Origin: Candidatus Methylomirabilales bacterium
Lineage (GTDB): Bacteria; Methylomirabilota; Methylomirabilia; Methylomirabilales; CSP1-5
DNA: 34,149 bases
Reading direction: 5' to 3'
Assembly (NCBI GenBank): GCA_046758405.1
Contig: JBHIAD010000002.1
Location: 1-34,149 of the forward strand
Position numbers and translations under genes: made by a program. Shown here piece after piece: positions 7,810-17,900 of this stretch. How positions within the stretch are numbered: the first letter of the stretch is position 1; every line of letters begins with the position of its first letter. Below the pieces are notes generated by a model. The model had not been told where the DNA came from, searched no databases, and was given only the letters and a program-made list of their open reading frames with translations.

Positions 7810-9909
7810 GTGTCGCGGAACGTCCTAGTCGCCGACAACGACCGCCTTCTGGTCACCCTGATGCAAGAGGCCCTCGAAGCGAAGGGCTACCAAGTCCTCT
7901 GCGCCTTTGACGGCATCGAGGTACTCGACCAGGTCCGGAGGAAACGGCCAGACTACATCATTCTCGACCTGGTCATGCCAAAGGTGGACGGGGTCCAAAT
8001 CTGCCGCCACCTCAAGGAAGACTCGGGGCTCCGATCAATCCCGATCATCGTCCTGACAGGGGCGGCCCCCGAGGCCGCCCACTGGCTGAAGGACGTCAGG
8101 GCCGATGCCTTCATCGCGAAGCGTAGCGGGGAGGCAATCCTGCAGGACCTCTTCGTGATCCTCAAGGGGTTCGAGGAAGGGACCGCCCCGCCCACCTGGG
8201 CCCAAGAGATCCGCGGTGTCGATGAGGTTCGGCCCCGTACGATCGTCACTGAACTGCTCACCCACACCACCCACCTGAACGCCATCCTGAAAAACCTGGG
8301 TGAAGGTATTTTCCTCCTCGATTCTTCTCACCGAATCCTGTATGTGAACCCGGCCGGGGCCGCACTGCTGCTTCGCCCTGAGCGAGAATTGATAGGGACC
8401 GCACTCGCGACGATCTTGGGGGTGGGCGAGGACGATCCGCTCCTCCAGGCCCTGAGGACCCTGACCTCGCGAGAGGGGCTGGCTACCGAGCGGCTCGTGT
8501 ACAGCTATCGGGCGTCGACCTTCCAGGTCACGATCACGAACCTCCACGGCGATGGCTGGGTAACGGGGCAGCTGCTCCTCATCCGGGACGTCAGTCCGCT
8601 GTTTCGACGGATCCGGGAATTGGCGGCGCTGAACGACCTGGCTTCGCTCCTCACCTCGACCTTGGACCTGGAGGAGCTGCTCCCCCTGATCATGGAGCGA
8701 ATTCACGCCTTGATGATCGTGGAGGCCAGCTCTCTTCTGTTAAAAGACGACAGGGAAGACACGCTGGTGTTTCGGATCGGGTTGGGGAAGTCCGGAGAAC
8801 TCATACAAGGGCGTCGTTTGAAGGTAGGGCAGGGGATCGCAGGCTGGGTGTGCCAGCATGGTGCCCCCCTCATTATCCCGGACGTGCGGGAGGATCCCCG
8901 GTTTTACGAGGGGATGGACCGGGACACGGGGTTCAGGACCCGGTCAGCGCTCTGCGTCCCCCTCAAGACCCGTGACAAGGTCATCGGCGTCATCCAGGTG
9001 CTGAACAGCCTGACTGGGCCCACTTTCACTGAGGATGATCAGAACCTGCTTTCCGCCATCGCAGCCCATGCAGCCACCGCAATCGAGAATGCCCGGCTCT
9101 ACGTCGAGGCGAAGGCTCATGCCGAAGACCTGGAGCGGAAGGTGGAAGCGCGGACCCGGGAAATTGAGGCCGCCAGCGCCCAGCTTGCGGAAGCCTTGCG
9201 CCAGGCGAACGAAGCCTCCCGCCACAAGTCAGATTTCCTCGCGAATATCTCCCACGAACTCCGGACCCCTCTCAACTCCATTCTCGGCTTCTCGGAGCTC
9301 TTGGAGGACCAGACCTGCGGCCCCCTGACTGAGAAGCAGCAACGGTACGTGCGGAACGTCCTCTCGAGCGGGCGGCACCTGCTGGCCCTCATTGATGATC
9401 TTCTGGACCTCTCCAAGGTCGAGGCCGGGAAGCTGGAGATGCATCTCGAGCATCTGCCGATCCGGGAAGCCCTGCAGGAGACCCTCAACCTCGTGAGGGC
9501 GCAGGCCGAGCAGAAACACCAATCCTTGGAACTCACCGTGGCCCATGACCTTTTAACCTTTTCCGTCGATCCGATCCGCTTCAACCAGATCCTCTACAAT
9601 CTCCTCTCGAACGCCGTGAAGTTCACCTCCGAGGGAGGACAAGTGAGGGTGGATGCCCATCGGGCCGGCGAGTTCCTTGAGATTGCCGTCCAGGACACGG
9701 GGATCGGTATCAAGGCCCAAGACATGCCAAAACTGTTCCAGGAATTCACCCAACTCGATGCCTCCTTGGCGAAGCGCTACCAGGGGACGGGACTCGGCCT
9801 CGCCCTTACGAAGAAGCTGGTCGAGCTGCACGGGGGAAGCATCGAGGCTGCCAGCGGTGGGCCAGACCAGGGCAGCACCTTCACGGTCCGGTTCCCCCTG
9901 CGGGCTTAA
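7810..9909 (+). CDS. hybrid sensor: N-terminal receiver (REC)-PAS-GAF-HisKA-HATPase_c histidine kinase
   Basis: REC features are VADND...IILDLVMPKVDG...FIAK. The GAF-like region contains GIAGWV...ALCVPL. The H-box is SHELRTPLNSILGFSELL. G-boxes DTGIGI and GTGLGLALTKKLVELHGG are present. Confidence 0.9.
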   Translation: MSRNVLVADNDRLLVTLMQEALEAKGYQVLCAFDGIEVLDQVRRKRPDYIILDLVMPKVDGVQICRHLKEDSGLRSIPIIVLTGAAPEAAHWLKDVRADAFIAKRSGEAILQDLFVILKGFEEGTAPPTWAQEIRGVDEVRPRTIVTELLTHTTHLNAILKNLGEGIFLLDSSHRILYVNPAGAALLLRPERELIGTALATILGVGEDDPLLQALRTLTSREGLATERLVYSYRASTFQVTITNLHGDGWVTGQLLLIRDVSPLFRRIRELAALNDLASLLTSTLDLEELLPLIMERIHALMIVEASSLLLKDDREDTLVFRIGLGKSGELIQGRRLKVGQGIAGWVCQHGAPLIIPDVREDPRFYEGMDRDTGFRTRSALCVPLKTRDKVIGVIQVLNSLTGPTFTEDDQNLLSAIAAHAATAIENARLYVEAKAHAEDLERKVEARTREIEAASAQLAEALRQANEASRHKSDFLANISHELRTPLNSILGFSELLEDQTCGPLTEKQQRYVRNVLSSGRHLLALIDDLLDLSKVEAGKLEMHLEHLPIREALQETLNLVRAQAEQKHQSLELTVAHDLLTFSVDPIRFNQILYNLLSNAVKFTSEGGQVRVDAHRAGEFLEIAVQDTGIGIKAQDMPKLFQEFTQLDASLAKRYQGTGLGLALTKKLVELHGGSIEAASGGPDQGSTFTVRFPLRA

Positions 9910-10222
9910 GCCCGCTGCGGCTCCGGGCAGATCACTCCACTCGCTCCCTCCCATTGGCTCGATCGTCACCACAGTAGAAACGATCTCAATCGGGCGAACG
10001 CCCCTCGCCTGCTGCCTCGCTCGCCGCCCACGGGTTCAACGACAAAGGTACGGGGACGCCGGGGATGGTGAACCTACCCGACCGAATCGGGGCTTCGCCA
10101 TCTCTGCCGCGACCCCTTTCCCCTTTTCTCCACCGAAAATCCTTCCCCAGAGGCCCTCAGAGGGGGCGACCACGAAATCGGGGCGGGTGTCCGCTCCCGT
10201 CCGGATGCAAAAAAAGAAGTAA

Positions 10223-10252
10223 TTGACAGGTGACCGAAGAACCACCTATAGT
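10223..10252 (+). promoter_or_regulatory. sigma-70 promoter candidate (TTGACA-18-TATAGT) with A-rich upstream tract
   Basis: A consensus -35 (10223-10228) and a near-consensus -10 (10247-10252), preceded by gcaaaaaaagaagtaa. It lies upstream of rpsU. Confidence 0.6.
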
Positions 10253-10295
10253 CTTTAGACCTTTTCTCACGGTTCCGCCTTTTGGTCCTGACGAT

Positions 10296-10324
10296 GCCGC
10301 GAGGACTGGGTCCAGCGGCTTTTT
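10296..10324 (+). terminator. terminator-like/attenuator hairpin in the rpsU leader
   Basis: GCCGC-GA-GGAC-TGG-GTCC-A-GCGGC followed by TTTTT. It starts about 40 nt after the predicted transcription start and ends about 135 nt before the rpsU start. Confidence 0.45.
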
Positions 10325-10461
10325 CGTTGGCAGGATGGGTCATGCTGTAGGCAGACACGGCAAGAGGCAATGGGGGGAGAATGCCAGCATTTCGGCGGCG
10401 CGATGACGAGTGGCAGCAGGCCAGCTCGAACCCCTCACACCGGCGTCCCCTCGAGGTCACC

Positions 10462-10656
10462 GTGGATGATCGCGGGCTCGAATCGGCGCTCCGGGCCTTC
10501 AAACGCCTTATCCTGCGTGATGGGATCCTCCGGGAGCTAAAGCGGAAGCAGAACTACGAAAAACCGGGGGAGCGGAAGCGTCGAAAGGTTCGCGAGGCGG
10601 CGCGGCGGCGCCGTCGGCAGCTAAGCCGAGCCCTTAGGCGTCAGCAGAACCGTTGA
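10462..10656 (+). CDS. rpsU: 30S ribosomal protein S21
   Basis: LESALRAFKRLILRDGILRELKRKQNYEKPGERKRRKVREAARRR matches the S21 signature (ALRRFKR...FYEKP..RKR). GTG 10462 has a GAGG SD at 5 nt and gives a 64-aa product. The ORF track's upstream ATG 10381 would add a 27-aa extension. Confidence 0.85.
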   Translation: MDDRGLESALRAFKRLILRDGILRELKRKQNYEKPGERKRRKVREAARRRRRQLSRALRRQQNR

Positions 10657-10715
10657 TCAGCGCGTGGTCCGCCGAGGGCAGTACGGGAGTCAGTGTCCCG
10701 AAAGGAGAAGGACGG

Positions 10716-11045
10716 ATGGGTTCGAGAGTGTACGTCGGCAATCTCCCCTTCACTGTGGATGAGCAACAACTGCGCACCCTCTTTGAGGAGGGCGGCCGTC
10801 AGGTGCTCGAAATCAAGGTCGTGACAGACCGGATCTCCGGGCGCCCCCGCGGCTTCGCCTTTGTGGACATGGCAAGTCAAGAAGAGGCCCAGGCGGTCAT
10901 CAACGCCCTGAACGGCCGTGAGCTCGGTGGGCGCAGCCTCACAGTCAGCATGGCCCGTGAGCAGCAGCCCAGAGGACGCGGCCCAGGGCCAGGGCGCGGC
11001 GGCTTCGACCGGGGGCGCGGCGGCGGCCGCCGGGGTATGTATTGA
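10716..11045 (+). CDS. RRM-type RNA-binding protein with Gly/Arg-rich tail
   Basis: RNP2 is VYVGNL and RNP1 is RGFAFVDM. The C-terminus is RGRGPGPGRGGFDRGRGGGRRG. ATG 10716 follows AAAGGAGAAGG. Confidence 0.9.
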   Translation: MGSRVYVGNLPFTVDEQQLRTLFEEGGRQVLEIKVVTDRISGRPRGFAFVDMASQEEAQAVINALNGRELGGRSLTVSMAREQQPRGRGPGPGRGGFDRGRGGGRRGMY

Positions 11046-11230
11046 TGGCAAGGAGGTCCCGAGTTTACCGCGGGGCTAAGCGCCAGAAGGAGCTCGTCCG
11101 AAAGACGCGGCAGGAGGAGAAGCGTCGGCGGAGACTGGAAAAAAGGCTGGGCCCCCAGCAAACCGAGCGCCAGGGGCCTGCGGACGAGGGGGGTGCACTC
11201 CCCCCTTCCGAGGAATCTCCAGGAAGATAG
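11045..11230 (+). CDS. possible small, highly basic protein (61 aa)
   Basis: The ATG overlaps the RRM gene stop (TGATG). Lys/Arg/Glu-rich. Third-position G+C is moderately coding-like. No family recognised. Confidence 0.35.
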   Translation: MARRSRVYRGAKRQKELVRKTRQEEKRRRRLEKRLGPQQTERQGPADEGGALPPSEESPGR

Positions 11231-11376
11231 GCGGGTCGACGTCCTTCGAGTGGATCACAAAGGGACCTTGTGCCCGAGGTCACGAACCGACCCCTTCGGT
11301 CCTGTACCCAGTTGGGGCGGGAGGTCTTCCATGCGGGGGATCGTGGCCGAGAGAGAGATCGTAGGGGACTGGCGGG

Positions 11377-11799
11377 TTATCCGGAAACCTTCCCTTCCAT
11401 GACCTCGACAAAGGCCTCGAGAACATCTATCACCGTGATGATCCCCACCAGGCGCTCCCCTTCCACCACAGGAAGGCCGGTGACCCGCTTCTCGAGGAGG
11501 AGACGGGCGGCGTCGGCGATCGTGTCCGTCGGAGACACGGTGAGCACCGGCTGCGACATGATCTCCCGCACCAAGACCTTTTCCAAGGCCTCATGGGCGT
11601 CCTGCTCTTGCTGACCCACGACTGCCGAGGGGAAGACGAGGCGGATGTCCCGGTCGGTGACAAGTCCCACCAGCCTATGTTGCTCCACGACGGGCAGGTG
11701 CCGGATCTTATGGGCCCGGAGGAGTGCCCAGGCCGTCCGAACACTATCCAAGGGGGTGACTGTGGTTAGATCCGTCTTCATCCGCTCTTGGACCCGCAT
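11377..11799 (-). CDS. CBS-domain pair protein
   Basis: Two CBS repeats (...HKIRHLPVVEQHRLVGLVTDRDI... and ...KRVTGLPVVEGERLVGIITVIDV...). ATG 11799 has a GGAGGG SD. The ORF track's upstream start is 11820. Confidence 0.85.
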   Translation of the reverse strand: MRVQERMKTDLTTVTPLDSVRTAWALLRAHKIRHLPVVEQHRLVGLVTDRDIRLVFPSAVVGQQEQDAHEALEKVLVREIMSQPVLTVSPTDTIADAARLLLEKRVTGLPVVEGERLVGIITVIDVLEAFVEVMEGKVSG

Positions 11800-11986
11800 C
11801 CCGCCCTCCGGCATCTTCACTCCCCTCCACTACCCGAGGCTCGACCCTTCCCGCCCAGTTCGCACCGCAACCGTAGCAGCGCCCCTGCAAAAAGTCAATG
11901 AAAGCAAAATAAAAGGGGGACTTGTGTCAGGCGGAGATTGCTCTAGCATAGGCGGGCTGGCAAGTGGATCACGAGGTGCAAGCGGA

Positions 11987-12424
11987 TTAACGCTGGGAAG
12001 GCTGCTGAGCCGGTCGGGTTGTGAATGGCAGCCGCCAATCCTCGGCCGTGCGATCGTCGACTGAACATTGCCATACGTATCCTGTGTCAGGTTTGAGCGG
12101 TAAGGGACCAATGTTAATCGCCAGCGGAACCCCCAATGGGGTCCCGGGCTTTAATCCTGGTGGTCGACCAGCTTCGAAATCGGCTGTCAGCTCGACCGGA
12201 CGGTCGCCGGTCGGGGTCGGCACTATAAATGGCTTCCCGTCGTCATCTAAGAGTGCCAACTTGAGACTGTGGCGCACGTTAGCTTGATCCCAGGGCACGT
12301 CGATTTTGAGGACGATCGCCATGGGCGTCGGATCGGGTCCGATCAGCGACCATCCACCGCCGAGGATGTAGAGTTTGCCACCAACGACCTGGGCGGCATC
12401 GGCGAGTAGCATCGTGACCTTCAT
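11987..12424 (-). CDS. conserved-looking hypothetical protein (no family assigned)
   Basis: MKVTMLLADAAQVVGGKLYILGGGWSLIG... with coding-like codon bias. It lies 76 nt downstream of, and co-oriented with, PilZ gene 12501-12878. Confidence 0.65.
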   Translation of the reverse strand: MKVTMLLADAAQVVGGKLYILGGGWSLIGPDPTPMAIVLKIDVPWDQANVRHSLKLALLDDDGKPFIVPTPTGDRPVELTADFEAGRPPGLKPGTPLGVPLAINIGPLPLKPDTGYVWQCSVDDRTAEDWRLPFTTRPAQQPSQR

Positions 12425-12500
12425 AGAGATTTCAGGGACAGCGCCCATTTATCACAACGTCTCTTCCTGTCTTCCCTCAGACCCCGGATGGCGCCGCCAA

Positions 12501-12878
12501 TCACGCCGGCTCGGGACTGGGGCCTTCCTGCCGCAGGGAGACCAGGTACTGTTTGAGCAGGTGCTGAGCGGTGTCCGATAGGTTCAGGAACTGAAGCCCG
12601 CTCCGAGAGACCACCTCTGGCTCTCCGGCCGCGCCGGCCTGTGTCCCGGCGGCCCGCGACCAGACGACCCGGCATTGGAGCATCAGGGTGCGCCCCTGGA
12701 CGGGGAAGGCCAGGCTCGCCACGGTCCCGGGCGGGACGATGTTCGCGTACTCGATCTGGGCCCCACCGGGGCTGAGATCCATCAGGGCGGCGTCGTCGGA
12801 AGCCGTAATCCGTCCTGTGAACCGTTCCTGAATCACCCAGCGGGGATGCCGCCGCTGCTCGCGCGTCGGCTCTTCCAT
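12501..12878 (-). CDS. single PilZ-domain protein
   Basis: RRHPR (RxxxR) and DLSPGG (DxSxxG). Paralog of 2664-3023. ATG 12878 is preceded by GGAAGGGAAGAGGAG. Confidence 0.8.
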   Translation of the reverse strand: MEEPTREQRRHPRWVIQERFTGRITASDDAALMDLSPGGAQIEYANIVPPGTVASLAFPVQGRTLMLQCRVVWSRAAGTQAGAAGEPEVVSRSGLQFLNLSDTAQHLLKQYLVSLRQEGPSPEPA

Positions 12879-13029
12879 GTGCTTCGCTCCTCTTCCCTTC
12901 CGCTCCACGCCCAAGCGGCCTGAGCATCACTCAGAACTACACCTACCTATCAGGAAGCGCTCGACAGTACCCTTACCATAGGTTTCGTGTTCTGTCAGCA
13001 AGAGGATGGATCGAAGCCAAAAAATGAAA

Positions 13030-13059
13030 TTGACAGTACAAAGGATCCGGTGGGATAAT
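13030..13059 (+). promoter_or_regulatory. sigma-70 promoter candidate (TTGACA-18-GATAAT)
   Basis: A consensus -35 at 13030-13035. The -10 at 13054-13059 overlaps ATG 13058, so if this promoter is used the TetR start must be downstream, for example GTG 13103. Confidence 0.4.
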
Positions 13060-13705
13060 GAAAATGACCGGTTGGTCGGTCATTCTGATATGGATCGCAC
13101 AAGTGCCTATAATTGTTGATAAAGATAAGAAACGGAAGGATATCCTCGGAGCGGCCATGCGGGTCTTTGCCCGAGAGGGCTACCACCGGGCAAAGATGGA
13201 AGCGGTCGCCGATGAGGCTGGCATCGGCAAGGGCACAGTCTACGACTACTTCCGGAGCAAGACCGACCTGTTCCTGGCGCTCCACGACCACATGCTCGGC
13301 GAACTCAAGGCCTTCTACCTGAAGGAGCTCGAGGGGATCCAGGAGCCCCGCCTCCTGTTGGAGCGGTTCATCGCCGTGGCCTTCCAGACCTTCCTCCTCT
13401 GGGAGCCATTCTTTTTGGTCTTCTTCGACTTCTGGGCCGAGGGAGGCCGCGGCGAGCAGCAGGCGCTCCTTCAGACGCGTCTCAAAAAGGCTTATGCCGT
13501 CGCCCGGAGCGATGTGGCAGCCATCATCGCCGCCGGAGTACAGGACGGCTCCTTCCGATGCGAGGACCCGCTCCTCGCTGCCGCTAGCATCCTGGCCACC
13601 CTCGACGGCCTCGTGTTGCAGTGGCTGTGTGATCGCGAGGCCTTCGACCTGGATGCCATGCGGCAACATCTCACGGAAACGATCCTGCGGAGCCTGAAAC
13701 CATGA
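13058..13705 (+). CDS. TetR/AcrR-family transcriptional regulator
   Basis: The HTH region is ILGAAMRVFAREGYHRAKMEAVADEAGIGKGTVYDYFRSKTDLF. The start is uncertain (13058, 13064 or GTG 13103). The stop overlaps the next gene's start (ATGA). Confidence 0.85.
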   Translation: MKMTGWSVILIWIAQVPIIVDKDKKRKDILGAAMRVFAREGYHRAKMEAVADEAGIGKGTVYDYFRSKTDLFLALHDHMLGELKAFYLKELEGIQEPRLLLERFIAVAFQTFLLWEPFFLVFFDFWAEGGRGEQQALLQTRLKKAYAVARSDVAAIIAAGVQDGSFRCEDPLLAAASILATLDGLVLQWLCDREAFDLDAMRQHLTETILRSLKP

Positions 13706-14952
13706 GCCGGCGCGGGTTGTCGGGGCTGTTGATCCTGGCGATCGTTCTGATTACTGCCGGGGGCGTCTATCTGATCCAGGCAGTAGAGGAACCCCGCCAG
13801 CCCACTCCCACGCCGGTACCGGTGCCCGTCGAAGTCGCGCGGGTCACCCCACGCGACTTCACCCACCGGCTGGAGGCGCTCGGAACCGTCCAGGCCATCC
13901 GCGAAGCGGCAGTCAGCGTCAAGGTCGCCGGGCCGGTCGCCCGCATCCCTCCCCAAATCGAACTGGGCGCTGGCGTAGAGCAAGGGATGCTCCTCGCCGA
14001 GATTGACCCCACCTCCTTCCGCATCGACGTGCGACGGCAAGAGGCCCTCGTGGGCCGAGCCCGGGCCCAGGTCGGGGCGCGGAAGGTGGATATGGCACGG
14101 CAGCGGGCCCTGATCAGCATCAACCGGGACAAACTCCGCTTGGCTGAGGCCGAATACCGCCGACTGGCCACTCTCCTCCAGGAAGGGGGGGTGGCCCAGC
14201 AAGAGGCAGACCGGGCCGAGGCGGCACTCCGCCGGGCCCAGGAGGAATTGGAGCGGGCCGAGAGTGGACTCCGAGAGGCAGAGGCCCAGTCCAGGGCCGC
14301 GGAAGCGGACCTGGCCGCGGCGGAGGCAGAGCTCGCCCGGGCGCGGCAGGCCCTGGCCGACACCCAGGTGCGGGCCCCTTTTACAGGGCTGATATCGGAG
14401 AAGCGGGTCACGCTCGGGGAGCACGTGGCCCCGGGAACGGTCCTCTTCCGGCTGGCGGACATCGCCCAGGTGAGGGTCCTCATCCAGATCCCCGCAGATG
14501 ATGTCGGCTTCCTCCGGCCAGGGGCTCCGGCCGCCGTCAGCGTGCGAGGATTGCCCGGGCCGCGAGAGGGCCAGGTCGAACACATCGGCCCTCGCGCAGA
14601 TCTGGATACCCGTACCTTCCCGGTGGAGGTCCTCGTCGAGAATCGAGGTCCCGCACGGCTCCTCCCTGGACTCTTCGCGCGTGTGGGCATTCCGGTGCAT
14701 ACCTACGCGAACGCGATCCTCATTCCCCGGGCGAGCGTGCTCACCAAGGGAGGGACACCGGTGGCCTTCGTCGCCGATCCGGAGCAGGGGATCGTCCGCC
14801 GCCGGCCGGTCACGATCGCCCGCACCTTCGGATCTCGGCACCTGATCACCCAGGGACTTAAACCCGGTGAGCTCCTAGTGGTGACGGGCCAGCGTTTGCT
14901 CCAGGACGGGGCCGCTATCCGGGTGGTCGAGACGCGGGACCTCGAGCCATGA
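13702..14952 (+). CDS. RND efflux periplasmic adaptor (membrane fusion protein, HlyD-like)
   Basis: N-terminal TM anchor, a long Ala/Glu/Arg coiled-coil hairpin, VRAPFTGLI lipoyl-like motif and a beta-barrel C-terminal part. ATGA overlaps on both sides. Confidence 0.9.
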   Translation: MSRRGLSGLLILAIVLITAGGVYLIQAVEEPRQPTPTPVPVPVEVARVTPRDFTHRLEALGTVQAIREAAVSVKVAGPVARIPPQIELGAGVEQGMLLAEIDPTSFRIDVRRQEALVGRARAQVGARKVDMARQRALISINRDKLRLAEAEYRRLATLLQEGGVAQQEADRAEAALRRAQEELERAESGLREAEAQSRAAEADLAAAEAELARARQALADTQVRAPFTGLISEKRVTLGEHVAPGTVLFRLADIAQVRVLIQIPADDVGFLRPGAPAAVSVRGLPGPREGQVEHIGPRADLDTRTFPVEVLVENRGPARLLPGLFARVGIPVHTYANAILIPRASVLTKGGTPVAFVADPEQGIVRRRPVTIARTFGSRHLITQGLKPGELLVVTGQRLLQDGAAIRVVETRDLEP

Positions 14953-17900
14953 AACGGCTGGTGGAATTCGCCGTCCAGAACCGGGTGCTGGTGAACCTCC
15001 TGACGCTGTTCGTCCTGGGGGCGGGGTTCGTGACCTACCTTCGGATGCACCGAGAACTCTTCCCTGAGTTTTCCCGCCAGGCGATCCAGATCATCACGGT
15101 ATATCGCGGGGCCTCTCCCGAGGAGGTCGAGAAGCTCATCACGGCGGAGATCGAGGCCGAGGTGGCGGACATCGATGAGCTGGAAGAGCTGCAGTCGGTC
15201 TCGCAGGAGGGGCGGTCCGAGATCCTGCTCAAGTTCCAACCGGACACGGACATGAACCGGGCTTTGAGCAACGTCCGGGCGGCGCTCGACAATGTGACCA
15301 ACCTGCCAGAAGAGGCCGAGGAGCCGCAGGTCCGTGAGGTGAAGTCCTCCTTCCCGGTCATTACGGTCTCGCTCGCAGGGGAGATCGACGAGGCAACGCT
15401 CAGGCGGATGGCGAAGGATCTCCGAGACGACCTACGCCGACTCCGGGGTGTCGCTGCCGTCCGGATTCTGGGGATCCGCGAACAACAGATCTGGGTCGAG
15501 GCGGACCCAGCCGAGCTCGAGCGGTACCATCTGAGTCTGGATGACCTTCGGGCGGCCATTGCCAGCCACAACCGGAACGTCCCTGGCGGAACCTTGAAGA
15601 CCGCGCGGGGCGAGATCCTCGTGCGGACTTTGGGGGAGGCTGCCGAAGCCCGTGACGTCGAGCAGATCATCGTCCGAGCGACGCCAGGCGGGCATCCCCT
15701 CACCGTCGGGGATATCGCGACCGTCCGGGAGACCTTCGAGGAGGCTACCACGATCGGGCGGTTCAACGGTCGCCCAGGCATTAACCTCGTTGTCATCAAG
15801 GAACGCACCGGTGATGCGATCGACATCGCCGCCCGCGTGCGGGCGCTGGTGGAACGGGTCCAGGCCCGGTTGCCGGAGACCGTAACGATCGGGGTCTACA
15901 ACGACTTCTCGATCTTCATCCAGAAGCGCTTGAACACCCTCCGGTTTAGCGGTGCCATCGGGCTCACCATTGTCCTGATTACCCTATGGATATTCGTGCG
16001 GACCCGGATCGCCCTCCTGACCGGGCTGGGCATTCCCTTCGCCATGCTCGGGGGGATCGTCCTCATGTCGGTATACGGGATAAGCCTCAATATGATCTCG
16101 CTCTTCAGCTTGATCCTCGTCCTGGGACTTTTGGTCGACGACGCGATCGTCGTGACCGAGAACGTCTACCGCCATGTTGAGGAAGGGATGGATGCTCGAC
16201 AAGCGGCCATCCAAGGGACGGCCGAGGTGGCCTGGCCGGTGATCACGACGGTCACTACCACGATCGCGGCCTTTCTCCCGCTCCTCTTGGTCCCGGGGAC
16301 CATGGGGGTCTTTCTGGCGCCCATCCCGCTCGTGGTGACCTTCACGCTTCTCGCGTCGCTCTTCGAAGCGTTGGTGGTTCTCCCCTCCCACCTAGCGGAC
16401 GCGATTACTCTTGCATACGCACCGCGAGTGCGTCGCCGGCACCAAAACTGGCTGGATCGGGCGCGGCAGGCCTACCAGGGCCTGCTGGCGATGACACTTC
16501 GCTGGCGCTACGTGACGACCGCAATACTCCTCGGCATCACCATCCTCCTCGCTGCGACGGCATGGTACCGGATTCCCTTCGTGCTCTTCCGAGAGTTCGA
16601 ATCATCCCAGTTCTTCGTCAACTTCGAGACCTCACCCACGGCGAAGATCGAGGACACGCTGCAAGTGGCGAAGCGGGCGGAACAAGTTGTGCTCAGCCTG
16701 CCACCCCAAGCACTGAAGTCCCTGGCCACGAACGTCGGGATCACGTTCCTAGACGTCCACCGGGCCGAGCGGGGACCGAACCTGGGGCAGCTGATGGTGG
16801 AGCTTCAGGAGGACCGGCGGCGGAGCGTGGATGCGGTGATCAAGGACCTCCGTGCTGGCATGGCTGAGATCCCAGGGATCACGAAGATCCAGTTCCTGAA
16901 AACCCAAGCGGGCCCCGGTGGCCCAGCGATCGAGGCACGGGTGGCGGGAGACGACATCACGGTCCTGCGCCATCTGGCCGACGAGGTCAAGGCCTTCCTG
17001 CGAGCTTTCCGCGGGGTTCGGGATGTCCGGGATGATTTCACCGAAGGGAAGGAGGAGCTACAGATCACCCTGCGGCCGGAGGCTCGCGCCCTCGGGCTCA
17101 ACCTGGGTCAGATCGCCCGCCAGGTTCAGCAGGGATTCCTCGGGGTGGAGGCCTCCACCATCCAGCAGCGAGATGAGGACGTACCGATCGTCGTGCGCTT
17201 CCCCCAGGTGGCCCGGCAGCGACTGGAGACCGTCGCGGGGATGAAGCTCACGCTCCCTTCGGGCGAGAAGGTCTTCCTCCGGGATGTGACCCAACTCGAT
17301 ACGGCGATCGGGACAAGCAAGGTGCGGCGGGACGACCAGAAGCGCACGATCACCGTCTTCGCCGACGTGGACACTCGTGAGGCGAATGCCTTCCAGGTCG
17401 CCGACCGGCTCAAGCGAAAGTTTGCGGATGTGGGCAGCCGCTTCCCCGGCTACCGCATGACCGTGAAGGGAGAACGGCAGGAGGCGGAGGCATCGCTGGC
17501 GGCGCTGCCGCAGATCTTTCTGATCGCTCTCCTGTTGATCTACTTCCTACTCGGGTCACTCTTCAAATCCTTCGTGCAGCCCCTGATCGTCATGGCCGCC
17601 ATTCCTTTTGCCCTGGACGGCGTCGTCATCGGGCACCTCATCATGGGAGAGGCCTTGAGCTTCCTCTCCATGATGGGCCTGACCGCGCTGGCCGGAGTGG
17701 TCGTCAACGATTCGTTAATCTTAGTGGACTTCATCAACCGCGCCCGGCAGACAGGGACGCGGCGCGACGAGGCGATCCTGGCCTCGGGTGTGGCGCGGTT
17801 GCGACCGGTCCTTCTCACCACGATCACCACCGTCGGCGGCTTGATCCCCCTGGCCTTCTTCGCGTCGGGCCAGGCGAAGTTCCTCTCCCCCATGGCGATC

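Noticed and set aside
10025-10060. GGTTCAA-containing stretch checked as a possible tRNA T-arm in the 470-nt gap before rpsU
   Set aside because: The flanking bases cannot form a T-stem or an acceptor stem. No cloverleaf is evident on either strand.
12963-12978. Sigma-54-like sequence TGGTAAgggtaCTGTC (minus strand) 85 nt upstream of PilZ gene 12501-12878
   Set aside because: The nearly invariant GC of the -12 element is GT here, and the preceding TT is CT. It is kept only as a near-miss.
13492-14841. 449-aa and 307-aa minus-strand ORFs antisense to the TetR/MFP genes
   Set aside because: The products are Arg/Pro/Gly/Ser-rich nonsense-like sequence. The plus strand encodes a clear TetR HTH and a membrane-fusion protein with ATGA-coupled starts.
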